Shown: positions 26,401 through 39,799 of the stretch, in pieces
How the letters are laid out: every line of letters starts with the position of its first letter
Position numbering within the stretch: the stretch's first letter is position 1
From: the human T2T-CHM13v2.0 reference genome, Homo sapiens
Assembly: GCF_009914755.1 (NCBI RefSeq)
Contig: NC_060932.1
DNA length: 64,000 nt
Direction: 5' to 3' (one strand)
Position numbers and translations under genes: made by a program
Notes under the pieces: generated by a model
Databases searched by the model: none
Told to the model about the DNA's origin: nothing
Seen by the model: only the letters and a program-made list of their open reading frames with translations

Positions 26401-28087
26401 CAGAAAATACTTTGCCATATTTCCATTCAAGTCACAGAGTGGAACATTCCCATTCATAGAGCAGGTTGGAAACACTCTTTTTGGAGTATCTGGAAGTGGA
26501 CATTTGGAGCGCTTTCTGAACTATGGTGAAAAAGGAAATATCTTCCAATGAAAACAAGACAGAAGCATTCTGAGAAACTTATTTGTGATGTGTGTCCTCA
26601 ACAAACGGACTTGAAACTTTCGTTTCATGCACTACTTCTGGAACACTCTTTTTGAAGATTCTGCATGCGGATATTTGGATAGCTTTGAGGATTTCGTTGG
26701 AAACGGTCTTACATGTAAAAATTAGACAACAGCATTCTCAGAAACTTCTTTGTGGTGTCTGCATTCAAGTCACAGAATTGAACTTCCCCTCACATAGAGC
26801 AGTTGTGCAGCACTCTATTTGTAGTATCTGGAAGTGGACATTTGGAGGGCTTTGTAGCCTATCTGGAAAAAGGAATTATCTTCCCATGAATGCGAGATAG
26901 AAGTAATCTGAGAAACATGTTTATGCTGTATCTACTCAACTAACTGTGCTGAACATTTCTATTGATAGAGCAGTTTTGAGACACTCTTCTTTTGGAATCT
27001 GCAAGTGGATATTTGGATAGATTTGAGGATTTCGTTGGAAACGGGATTATATATAAAAAGTAGACAGCAGCATTCTCAGAAACTTCTTTGTGATGTTTGC
27101 ATCCAGCTCTCAGAGTTGAACATTCCCTTTCATAGAGTAGGTTTGAAACCCTCTTTTTATAGTGTCTGGAAGCGGGCATTTGGAGCGCTTTCAGGCCTAT
27201 GCTGAAAAAGGAAATATCTACCTATAGAAACTAGACAGAAGCATTCTGAGAATCACGTTTGTGATGTGGGTACTCAACTAACAGTGTTGATCCATTCTTT
27301 TGATACAGCAGTTTTGAACCACACTTTTTGTAGAATCTGCAAGTGGATATTTGGATAGCTGTGAGGATTTCGTTGGAAACGGGAATGTCTTCATAGAAAA
27401 TTTAGACAGAAGCATTCTCAGAACCTTGATTGTGATGTGTGTTCTCCACTAACAGAGTTGAACCTTTCTTTTGACAGAACTGTTCTGAAACATTCTTTTT
27501 ATAGAATCTGGAAGTGGATATTTGGAAAGCTTTGAGGATTTCGTTGGAAACGGGAATATCTTCAAATCAAATCTAGCCAGAAGCATTCTAAGAAACATCT
27601 TAGGGATGTTTACATTCAAGTCACAGAGTTGAACATTCCCTTTCACAGAGCAGGTTTGAAACAATCTTCTCGTACTATCTGGCAGTGGACATTTTGAGCT
27701 CCTTGGGGCCTATGCTGAAAAAGGAAATATCTTCCGACAAAAACTAGACAGAAGCATTCGCAGAATCACGTTTGTGATGTGTGCACTCAACTGTCAGAAT
27801 TGAACCTTGGTTTGGACAGAGCACTTTTGAAACACTCTTTTTGTAGAATCTGCAGGTGGATATTTGGCTAGCTTTGAGGATTTCGTTGGAAACGGTAATG
27901 TCTTCAAAGAAAATCTAGACAGAAGCATTCTCAGAAACACCTTCGTGATGTTTGCAATCAAGTCACAGAGTTGAACCTTCCGTTTCATAGAGCAGGTTGG
28001 AAACACTCTTTTTGTAGTATCTGGAAGTGGACATTTGGAGGGCTTTGTAGCCTATGTGGAAAAAGGAAATATCTTCCCATGAATGCG

Positions 28088-31000
28088 AGATAGAAGTAAT
28101 CTCAGAAACATGTTTATGCTGTATCTACTCAACTAACTGTGCTGAACATTTCTATTGATAGAGCAGTTTTGAGACACTCTTCTTTTGGAATCTGCAAGTG
28201 GATATTTGGAGAGATTTGAGGATTTCGTTGGAAACGGGATTATATATAAAAAGTAGACAGCAGCATTCTCAGAAACTTCTTTGTGATGTTTGCATCCAGC
28301 TCTCAGAGTTGAACATTCCCTTTCATAGAGTAGGTTTGAAACCCTCTTTTTATAGTGTCTGGAAGCGGGCATTTGGAGCGCTTTCAGACCTATGCTTAAA
28401 ATAGGAAATATCTACCTACAGAAACTAGACAGAAGCATTCTGAGAATCTCGTTTGTGATGTGGGTACTCAACTAACAGTGTTGATCCATTCTTTTGATAC
28501 AGCAGTTTTGAACCACACTTTTTGTAGAATCTGCAAGAGGATATTTGGATAGCTGTGAGGATTTCGTTGGAAACGGGAATGTCTTCAAAGAAAATCTAGA
28601 CTGAAACATTCTCAGAAACACCTTCGTGATGTTTGCAATCAAGTCACAGAGTTGAACCTTCCGTTTCATAGAGCAGGTTGGAAACACTCTTATTGTAGTA
28701 TCTGGAAGTGGACATTTGGAGCGCTTTCAGGCCTATGGTGAAAAAGGAAATATCTTCCCATAAAAACAACATAGAAGCTATCTCAGGAACTTGTTTATGA
28801 GGCATCTAATCAACTAACAGTGTTGAACCTTTGTACTGACAGAGCAGTTTGAAACACTCTTTTTTTGGAATCTGCAAGTGGATATTTGGATCGCTTTGAG
28901 GATTTCGTTGGAAACGGGATGCAATATAAAACGTACACAGCAGCATACTCAGAAAATTCTTTGCCATATTTCCATTCAAGTCACAGAGTGGAACATTCCC
29001 ATTCATAGAGCAGGTTGGAAACACTCTTTTTGGAGTATCTGGAAGTGGACATTTGGAGCGCTTTCTGAACTATGGTGAAAAAGGAAATATCTTCCAATGA
29101 AAACAAGACAGAAGCATTCTGAGAAACTTATTTGTGATGTGTGTCCTCAACAAACGGACTTGAACCTTTCGTTTCATGCAGTACTTCTGGAACACTCTTT
29201 TTGAAGATTCTGCATGCGGATATTTGGATAGCTTTGAGGATTTCGTTGGAAACGGGCTTACATGTAAAAATTAGACAGCAGCATTCTCAGAAACTTCTTG
29301 TGCTGTCTGCATTCAAGTCACAGAATTGAACTTCCCCTCACATAGAGCAGTTGTGCAGCACTCTATTTGTAGTATCTGGAAGTGGACATTTGGAGGGCTT
29401 TGTAGCCTATCTGGAAAAAGGAAATATCTTCCCATGAATGCGAGATAGAAGTAATCTGAGAAACATGTTTATGCTGTATCTACTCAACTAACTGTGCTGA
29501 ACATTTCTATTGATAGAGCAGTTTTGAGACACTCTTCTTTTGGAATCTGCAAGTGGATATTTGGATAGATTTGAGGATTTCGTTGGAAACGGGATTATAT
29601 ATAAAAAGTAGACAGCAGCATTCTCAGAAACTTCTTTGTGATGTTTGCATCCAGCTCTCAGAGTTGAACATTCCCTTTCATAGAGTAGGTTTGAAACCCT
29701 CTTTTTATAGTGTCTGGAAGCGGGCATTTGGAGCGCTTTCAGGCCTATGCTTAAAATAGGAAATATCTACCTACAGAAACTAGACAGAAGCATTCTGAGA
29801 ATCACGTTTGTGATGTGGGTACTCAACTAACAGTGTTGATCCATTCTTTTGATACAGCAGTTTTGAACCACACTTTTTGTAGAATCTGCAAGAGGATATT
29901 TGGATAGCTGTGAGGATTTCGTTGGAAACGGGAATGTCTTCAAAGAAAATCTAGACAGAAGCATTCTCAGAAACACCTTCGTGATGTTTGCAATCAAGTC
30001 ACAGAGTTGAACCTTCCGTTTCATAGAGCAGGTTGGAAACACTCTTATTGTAGTATCTGGAAGTGGACATTTGGAGCGCTTTCAGGCCTATGGTGAAAAA
30101 GGAAATATCTTCCCATAAAAACGACATAGAAGCTATCTCAGGAACTTGTTTATGATGCATCTAATCAACTAACAGTGTTGAACCTTTGTACTGACAGAGC
30201 AGTTTGAAACACTCTTTTTTTGGAATCTGCAAGTGGATATTTGGATCGCTTTGAGGATTTCGTTGGAAACGGGATGCAATATAAAACGTACACAGCAGCA
30301 TACTCAGAAAATACTTTGCCATATTTCCATTCAAGTCACAGAGTGGAACATTCCCATTCATAGAGCAGGTTGGAAACACTCTTTTTGGAGTATCTGGAAG
30401 TGGACATTTGGAGCGCTTTCTGAACTATGGTGAAAAAGGAAATATCTTCCAATGAAAACAAGACAGAAGCATTCTGAGAAACTTATTTGTGATGTGTGTC
30501 CTCAACAAACGGACTTGAACCTTTCGTTTCATGCAGTACTTCTGGAACACTCTTTTTGAAGATTCTGCATGTGGATATTTGGATAGCTTTGAGGATTTCG
30601 TTGGAAACGGGCTTACATGTAAAAATTAGACAGCAGCATTCTCAGAAACTTCTTTGTGGTGTCTGCATTCAAGTCACAGAATTGAACATCCCCTCACATA
30701 GAGCAGTTGTGCAGCACTCTATTTGTAGTATCTCGAAGTGGACATTTGGAGGGCTTTGTAGCCTATGTGGAAAAAGGAAATATCTTCCCATGAATGCGAG
30801 ATAGAAGTAATCTCAGAAACATGTTTATGCTGTATCTACTCAACTAAATGTGCTGAACATTTCTATTGATAGAGCAGTTTTGAGACACTCTTCTTTTGGA
30901 ATCTGCAAGTGGATATTTGGATAGATTTGAGGATTTCGTTGGAAACGGGATTATATATAAAAAGTAGACAGCAGCATTCTCAGAAACTTCTTTGTGATGT

Positions 31001-34000
31001 TTGCATCCAGCTCTCAGAGTTGAACATTCCCTTTCATAGAGTAGGTTTGAAACCCTCTTTTTATAGTGTCTGGAAGCGGGCATTTGGAGCGCTTTCAGGC
31101 CTATGCTGAAAAAGGAAATATCTACCTATAGAAACTAGACAGAAGCATTCTGAGAATCACGTTTGTGATGTGGGTACTCAACTAACAGTGTTGATCCATT
31201 CTTTTGATACAGCAGTTTTGAACCACACTTTTTGTAGAATCTGCAAGTGGATATTTGGATAGCTGTGAGGATTTCGTTGGAAACGGGAATGTCTTCATAG
31301 AAAATTTAGACAGAAGCATTCTCAGAACCTTGATTGTGATGTGTGTTCTCCACTAACAGAGTTGAACCTTTCTTTTGACAGAACTGTTCTGAAACATTCT
31401 TTTTATAGAATCTGGAAGTGGATATTTGGAAAGCTTTGAGGATTTCGTTGGAAACGGGAATATCTTCAAATCAAATCTAGCCAGAAGCATTCTAAGAAAC
31501 ATCTTAGGGATGTTTACATTCAAGTCACAGAGTTGAACATTCCCTTTCACAGAGCAGGTTTGAAACAATCTTCTCGTACTATCTGGCAGTGGACATTTTG
31601 AGCTCCTTGGGGCCTATGCTGAAAAAGGAAATATCTTCCGACAAAAACTAGACAGAAGCATTCGCAGAATCACGTTTGTGATGTGTGCACTCAACTGTCA
31701 GAATTGAACCTTGGTTTGGACAGAGCACTTTTGAAACACTCTTTTTGTAGAATCTGCAGGTGGATATTTGGCTAGCTTTGAGGATTTCGTTGGAAACGGT
31801 AATGTCTTCAAAGAAAATCTAGACAGAAGCATTCTCAGAAACACCTTCGTGATGTTTGCAATCAAGTCACAGAGTTGAACCTTCCGTTTCATAGAGCAGG
31901 TTGGAAACACTCTTTTTGTAGTATCTGGAAGTGGACATTTGGAGGGCTTTGTAGCCTATCTGGAAAAAGGAAATATCTTCCCATGAATGCGAGATAGAAG
32001 TAATCTCAGAAACATGTTTATGCTCTATCTACTCAACTAACTGTGCTGAACATTTCTATTGATAGAGCAGTTTTGAGACACTCTTCTTTTGGAATCTGCA
32101 AGTGGATATTTGGATAGATTTGAGGATTTCGTTGGAAACGGGATTATATATAAAAAGTAGACAGCAGCATTCTCAGAAACTTCTTTGTGATGTTTGCATC
32201 CAGCTCTCAGAGTTGAACATTCCCTTTCATAGAGTAGGTTTGAAACCCTCTTTTTATAGTGTCTGGAAGCGGGCATTTGGAGCGCTTTCAGGCCTATGCT
32301 TAAAATAGGAAATATCTACCTACAGAAACTAGACAGAAGCATTCTGAGAATCACGTTTGTGATGTGGGTACTCAACTAACAGTGTTGATCCATTCTTTTG
32401 ATACAGCAGTTTTGAACCACACTTTTTGTAGAATCTGCAAGAGGATATTTGGATAGCTGTGAGGATTTCGTTGGAAACGGGAATGTCTTCAAAGAAAATC
32501 TAGACAGAAGCATTCTCAGAAACACCTTCGTGATGTTTGCAATCAAGTCACAGAGTTGAACCTTCCGTTTCATAGAGCAGGTTGGAAACACTCTTATTGT
32601 AGTATCTGGAAGTGGACATTTGGAGCGCTTTCAGGCCTATGGTGAAAAAGGAAATATCTTCCCATAAAAACGACATAGAAGCTATCTCAGGAACTTGTTT
32701 ATGATGCATCTAATCAACTAACAGTGTTGAACCTTTGTACTGACAGAGCAGGTTGAAACACTTTTTTTTTGGAATCTGCAAGTGGATATTTGGATCGCTT
32801 TGAGGATTTCGTTGGAAACGGGATGCAATATAAAACGTACACAGCAGCATACTCAGAAAATACTTTGCCATATTTCCATTCAAGTCACAGAGTGGAACAT
32901 TCCCATTCATAGAGCAGGTTGGAAACACTCTTTTTGGAGTATCTGGAAGTGGACATTTGGAGCGCTTTCTGAACTATGGTGAAAAAGGAAATATCTTCCA
33001 ATGAAAACAAGACAGAAGCATTCTGAGAAATTTATTTGTGATGTGTGTCCTCAACAAACGGACTTGAACCTTTCGTTTCATGCAGTACTTCTGGAACACT
33101 CTTTTTGAAGATTCTGCATGCGGATATTTGGATAGCTTTGAGGATTTCGTTGGAAACGGGCTTACATGTAAAAATTAGACAGCAGCATTCTCAGAAACTT
33201 CTTTGTGGTGTCTGCATTCAAGTCACAGAATTGAACTTCCCCTCACATAGAGCAGTTGTGCAGCACTCTATTTGTAGTATCTGGAAGTGGACATTTGGAG
33301 GGCTTTGTAGCCTATCTGGAAAAAGGAAATATCTTCCCATGAATGCGAGATAGAAGTAATCTGAGAAACATGTTTATGCTGTATCTACTCAACTAACTGT
33401 GCTGAACATTTCTATTGATAGAGCATTTTGAGACACTCTTCTTTTGGAATCTGCAAGTGGATATTTGGATAGATTTGAGGATTTCGTTGGAAACGGGATT
33501 ATATATAAAAAGTAGACAGCAGCATTCTCAGAAACTTCTTTGTGATGTTTGCATCCAGCTCTCAGAGTTGAACATTCCCTTTCATAGAGTAGGTTTGAAA
33601 CCCTCTTTTTATAGTGTCTGGAAGCGGGCATTTGGAGCGCTTTCAGGCCTATGCTTAAAATAGGAAATATCTACCTACAGAAACTAGACAGAAGCATTCT
33701 GAGAATCACGTTTGTGATGTGGGTACTCAACTAACAGTGTTGATCTATTCTTTTGATACAGCAGTTTTGAACCACACTTTTTGTAGAATCTGCAAGAGGA
33801 TATTTGGATAGCTGTGAGGATTTCGTTGGAAACGGGAATGTCTTCAAAGAAAATCTAGACAGAAGCATTCTCAGAAATACCTTCGTGATGTTTGCAATCA
33901 AGTCACAGAGTTGAACCTTCCGTTTCATAGAGCAGGTTGGAAACACTCTTATTGTAGTATCTGGAAGTGGACATTTGGAGCGCTTTCAGGCCTATGGTGA

Positions 34001-37000
34001 AAAAGGAAATATCTTCCCATAAAAACGATATAGAAGCTATCTCAGGAACTTGTTTATGATGCATCTAATCAACTAAAAGTGTTGAACCTTTGTACTGACA
34101 GAGCAGTTTGAAACACTCTTTTTTTGGAATCTGCAAGTGGATATTTGGATCGCTTTGAGGATTTCGTTGGAAACGGGATGCAATATAAAACGTACACAGC
34201 AGCATACTCAGAAAATACTTTGCCATATTTCCATTCAAGTCACAGAGTGGAACATTCCCATTCATAGAGCAGGTTTGAAACACTCTTTTTGGAGTATCTG
34301 GAAGTGGACATTTGGAGCGCTTTCTGAACTATGGTGAAAAAGGAAATATCTTCCAATGAAAACAAGACAGAAGAATTCTGAGAAACTTATTTGTGATGTG
34401 TGTCCTCAACAAACGGACTTGAACCTTTCGTTTCATGCAGTACTTCTGGAACACTCTTTTTGAAGATTCTGCATGCGGATATTTGGATAGCTTTGAGGAT
34501 TTCGTTGGAAACGGTCTTACATGTAAAAATTAGACAGCAGCATTCTCAGAAATTTCTTGTGGTGTCTGCATTCAAGTCACAGAATTGAACTTCCCCTCAC
34601 ATAGAGCAGTTGTGCAGCACTCTATTTGTAGTATCTGGAAGTGGACATTTGGAGGGCTTTGTAGCCTATCTGGAAAAAGGAAATATCTTCCCATGAATGC
34701 GTGATAGAAGTAATCTGAGAAACATGTTTATGCTGTATCTACTCAACTAACTGTGCTGAACATTTCTATTGATAGAGCAGTTTTGAGACACTCTTCTTTT
34801 GGAATCTGCAAGTGGATATTTGGATAGATTTGAGGATTTCGTTGGAAACGGGATTATATATAAAAAGTAGACAGCAGCATTCTCAGAAACTTCTTTGTGA
34901 TGTTTGCATCCAGCTCTCAGAGTTGAACATTCCCTTTCATAGAGTAGGTTTGAAACCCTCTTTTTATAGTGTCTGGAAGCGGGCATTTGGAGCGCTTTCA
35001 GGCCTATGCTTAAAATAGGAAATATCTACCTACAGAAACTAGACAGAAGCATTCTGAGAATCACGTTTGTGATGTGGGTACTCAACTAACAGTGTTGATC
35101 CATTCTTTTGATACAGCAGTTTTGAACCACACTTTTTGTAGAATCTGCAAGAGGATATTTGGATAGCTGTGAGGATTTCGTTGGAAACGGGAATGTCTTC
35201 AAAGAAAATCTAGACAGAAGCATTCTCAGAAACACCTTCGTGATGTTTGCAATCAAGTCACAGAGTTGAACCTTCCGTTTCATAGAGCAGGTTGGAAACA
35301 CTCTTATTGTAGTATCTGGAAGTGGACATTTGGAGCGCTTTCAGGCCTATGGTGAAAAAGGAAATATCTTCCCATAAAAACGACATAGAAGCTATCTCAG
35401 GAACTTGTTTATGATGCATCTAATCAACTAACAGTGTTGAACCTTTGTACTGACAGAGCAGTTTGAAACACTCTTTTTTTGGAATCTGCAAGTGAATATT
35501 TGGATCGCTTTGAGGATTTCGTTGGAAACGGGATGCAATATAAAACGTACACAGCAGCATACTCAGAAAATACTTTGCCATATTTCCATTCAAGTCACAG
35601 AGTGGAACATTCCCATTCATAGAGCAGGTTGGAAACACTCTTTTTGGAATATCTGGAAGTGGACATTTGGAGCGCTTTCTGAACTATGGTGAAAAAGGAA
35701 ATATCTTCCAATGAAAACAAGACAGAAGCATTCTGAGAAACTTATTTGTGATGTGTGTCCTCAACAAACGGACTTGAACCTTTCGTTTCATGCAGTACTT
35801 CTGGAACACTCTTTTTGAAGATTCTGCATGCGGATATTTGGATAGCTTTGAGGATTTCGTTGGAAACGGGCTTACATGTAAAAATTAGACAGCAGCATTC
35901 TCAGAAACTTCTTTGTGGTGTCTGCATTCAAGTCACAGAATTGAACTTCCCCTCACATAGAGCAGTTGTGCGGCACTCTATTTGTAGTATCTGGAAGTGG
36001 ACATTTGGAGGGCTTTGTAGCCTATGTGGAAAAAGGAAATATCTTCCCATGAATGCGAGATAGAAGTAATCTCAGAAACATGTTTATGCTGTATCTACTC
36101 AACTAACTGTGCTGAACATTTCTATTGATAGAGCAGTTTTGAGACACTCTTCTTTTGGAATCTGCAAGTGGATATTTGGATAGATTTGAGGATTTCGTTG
36201 GAAACGGGATTATATATAAAAAGTAGACAGCAGCATTCTCAGAAACTTCTTTGTGATGTTTGCATCCAGCTCTCAGAGTTGAACATTCCCTTTCATAGAG
36301 TAGGTTTGAAACCCTCTTTTTATAGTTTCTGGAAGCGGGCATTTGGAGCGCTTTCAGGCCTATGCTGAAAAAGGAAATATCTACCTATAGAAACTAGACA
36401 GAAGCATTCTGAGAATCACGTTTGTGATGTGGGTACTCAACTAACAGTGTTGATCCATTCTTTTGATACAGCAGTTTTGAACCACACTTTTTGTAGAATC
36501 TGCAAGTGGATATTTGGATAGCTGTGAGGATTTCGTTGGAAACGGGAATGTCTTCATAGAAAATGTAGACAGAAGCATTCTCAGAACCTTGATTGTGATG
36601 TGTGTTCTCCACTAACAGAGTTGAACCTTTCTTTTGACAGAACTGTTCTGAAACATTCTTTTTATAGAATCTGGAAGTGGATATTTGGAAAGCTTTGAGG
36701 ATTTCGTTGGAAACGGGAATATCTTCAAATCAAATCTAGCCAGAAGCATTCTAAGAAACATCTTAGGGATGTTTACATTCAAGTCACAGAGTTGAACATT
36801 CCCTTTCACAGAGCAGGTTTGAAACAATCTTCTCGTACTATCTGGCAGTGGACATTTTGAGCTCCTTGGGGCCTATGCTGAAAAAGGAAATATCTTCCGA
36901 CAAAAACTAGACAGAAGCATTCGCAGAATCACGTTTGTGATGTGTGCACTCAACTGTCAGAATTGAACCTTGGTTTGGACAGAGCACTTTTGAAACACTC

Positions 37001-37250
37001 TTTTTGTAGAATCTGCAGGTGGATATTTGGCTAGCTTTGAGGATTTCGTTGGAAACGGTAATGTCTTCAAAGAAAATCTAGACAGAAGCATTCTCAGAAA
37101 CACCTTCGTGATGTTTGCAATCAAGTCACAGAGTTGAACCTTCCGTTTCATAGAGCAGGTTGGAAACACTCTTTTTGTAGTATCTGGAAGTGGACATTTG
37201 GAGGGCTTTGTAGCCTATCTGGAAAAAGGAAATATCTTCCCATGAATGCG
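28088..37250 (+). repeat. 8-mer-rich block: 8,8,7,8,8,8,7
   Basis: Unit starts 28088, 29443, 30799, 31992, 33348, 34702 and 36058. It contains the only indels I saw (1-bp deletions near 29298, 33426 and 34557). Confidence 0.93.
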
Positions 37251-39799
37251 AGATAGAAGTAATCTCAGAAACATGTTTATGCTGTATCTACTCAACTAAC
37301 TGTGCTGAACATTTCTATTGATAGAGCAGTTTTGAGACACTCTTCTTTTGGAATCTGCAAGTGGATATTTGGATAGATTTGAGGATTTCGTTGGAAACGG
37401 GATTATATATAAAAAGTAGACAGCAGCATTCTCAGAAACTTCTTTGTGATGTTTGCATCCAGCTCTCAGAGTTGAACATTCCCTTTCATAGAGTAGGTTT
37501 GAAACCCTCTTTTTATAGTGTCTGGAAGCGGGCATTTGGAGCGCTTTCAGGCCTATGCTTAAAATAGGAAATATCTACCTACAGAAACTAGACAGAAGCA
37601 TTCTGAGAATCACGTTTGTGATGTGGGTACTCAACTAACAGTGTTGATCCATTCTTTTGATACAGCAGTTTTGAACCACACTTTTTGTAGAATCTGCAAG
37701 AGGATATTTGGATAGCTGTGAGGATTTCGTTGGAAACGGGAATGTCTTCAAAGAAAATCTAGACAGAAGCATTCTCAGAAACACCTTCGTGATGTTTGCA
37801 ATCAAGTCACAGAGTTGAACCTTCCGTTTCATAGAGCAGGTTGGAAACACTCTTATTGTAGTATCTGGAAGTGGACATTTGGAGCGCTTTCAGGCCTATG
37901 GTGAAAAAGGAAATATCTTCCCATAAAAACGACATAGAAGCTATCTCAGGAACTTGTTTATGATGCATCTAATCAACTAACAGTGTTGAACCTTTGTACT
38001 GACAGAGCAGTTTGAAACACTCTTTTTTTGGAATCTGCAAGTGGATATTTGGATCGCTTTGAGGATTTCGTTGGAAACGGGATGCAATATAAAACGTACA
38101 CAGCAGCATACTCAGAAAATACTTTGCCATATTTCCATTCAAGTCACAGAGTGGAACATTCCCATTCATAGAGCAGGTTGGAAACACTCTTTTTGGAGTA
38201 TCTGGAAGTGGACATTTGGAGCGCTTTCTGAACTATGGTGAAAAAGGAAATATCTTCCAATGAAAACAAGACAGAAGCATTCTGAGAAACTTATTTGTGA
38301 TGTGTGTCCTCAACAAACGGACTTGAACCTTTCGTTTCATGCAGTACTTCTGGAACACTCTTTTTGAAGATTCTGCATGCGGATATTTGGATAGCTTTGA
38401 GGATTTCGTTGGAAACGGGCTTACATGTAAAAATTAGACAGCAGCATTCTCAGAAACTTCTTTGTGGTGTCTGCATTCAAGTCACAGAATTGAACATCCC
38501 CTCACATAGAGCAGTTGTGCAGCACTCTATTTGTAGTATCTGGAAGTGGACATTTGGAGGGCTTTGTAGCCTATGTGGAAAAAGGAAATATCTTCCCATG
38601 AATGCGAGATAGAAGTAATCTCAGAAACATGTTTATGCTGTACCTACTCAACTAACTGTGCTGAACATTTCTATTGATAGAGCAGTTTTGAGACACTCTT
38701 CTTTTGGAATCTGCAAGTGGATATTTGGATAGATTTGAGGATTTCGTTGGAAACGGGATTATATATCAAAAGTAGACAGCAGCATTCTCAGAAACTTCTT
38801 TGTGATGTTTGCATCCAGCTCTCAGAGTTGAACATTCCCTTTCATAGAGTAGGTTTGAAACCCTCTTTTTATAGTGTCTGGAAGCGGGCATTTGGAGCGC
38901 TTTCAGGCCTATGCTGAAAAAGGAAATATCTACCTATAGAAACTAGACAGAAGCATTCTGAGAATCACGTTTGTGATGTGGGTACTCAACTAACAGTGTT
39001 GATCCATTCTTTTGATACAGCAGTTTTGAACCACACTTTTTGTAGAATCTGCAAGTGGATATTTGGATAGCTGTGAGGATTTCGTTGGAAACGGGAATGT
39101 CTTCATAGAAAATTTAGACAGAAGCATTCTCAGAACCTTGATTGTGATGTGTGTTCTCCACTAACAGAGTTGAACCTTTCTTTTGACAGAACTGTTCTGA
39201 AACATTCTTTTTATAGAATCTGGAAGTGGATATTTGGAAAGCTTTGAGGATTTCGTTGGAAACGGGAATATCTTCAAATCAAATCTAGCCAGAAGCATTC
39301 TAAGAAACATCTTAGGGATGTTTACATTCAAGTCACAGAGTTGAACATTCCCTTTCACAGAGCAGGTTTGAAACAATCTTCTCGTACTATCTGGAAGTGG
39401 ACATTTTGAGCTCCTTGGGGCCTATGCTGAAAAAGGAAATATCTTCCGACAAAAACTAGACAGAAGCATTCGCAGAATCACGTTTGTGATGTGTGCACTC
39501 AACTGTCAGAATTGAACCTTGGTTTGGACAGAGCACTTTTGAAACACTCTTTTTGTAGAATCTGCAGGTGGATATTTGGCTAGCTTTGAGGATTTCGTTG
39601 GAAACGGTAATGACTTCAAAGAAAATCTACACAGAAGCATTCTCAGAAACACCTTCGTGATGTTTGCAATCAAGTCACAGAGTTGAACCTTCCGTTTCAT
39701 AGAGCAGGTTGGAAACACTCTTTTTGTAGTATCTGGAAGTGGACATTTGGAGGGCTTTGTAGCCTATCTGGAAAAAGGAAATATCTTCCCATGAATGCG

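Larger units (their letters stand above)
49..28087 (+). repeat. Regular block of 11 tandem 15-mers (8-mer + 7-mer, 2549 bp each)
   Basis: Anchor ORF starts recur at exactly 2549-bp steps (159, 2708, 5257 ... 25649, 28198) with an internal 1356/1193 split. There is no net length change across the 11 copies. Confidence 0.97.

Noticed and set aside
49-28087. Assignment to chr15 D15Z3 or chr9 D9Z4, which also have SF2 HORs with 15/11/7/4-mer forms
   Set aside because: Free-standing 8-mers with 7- and 4-mers and an implied 1868-bp 11-mer fit recalled D8Z2 structure better. The alternatives are not formally excluded without alignment.
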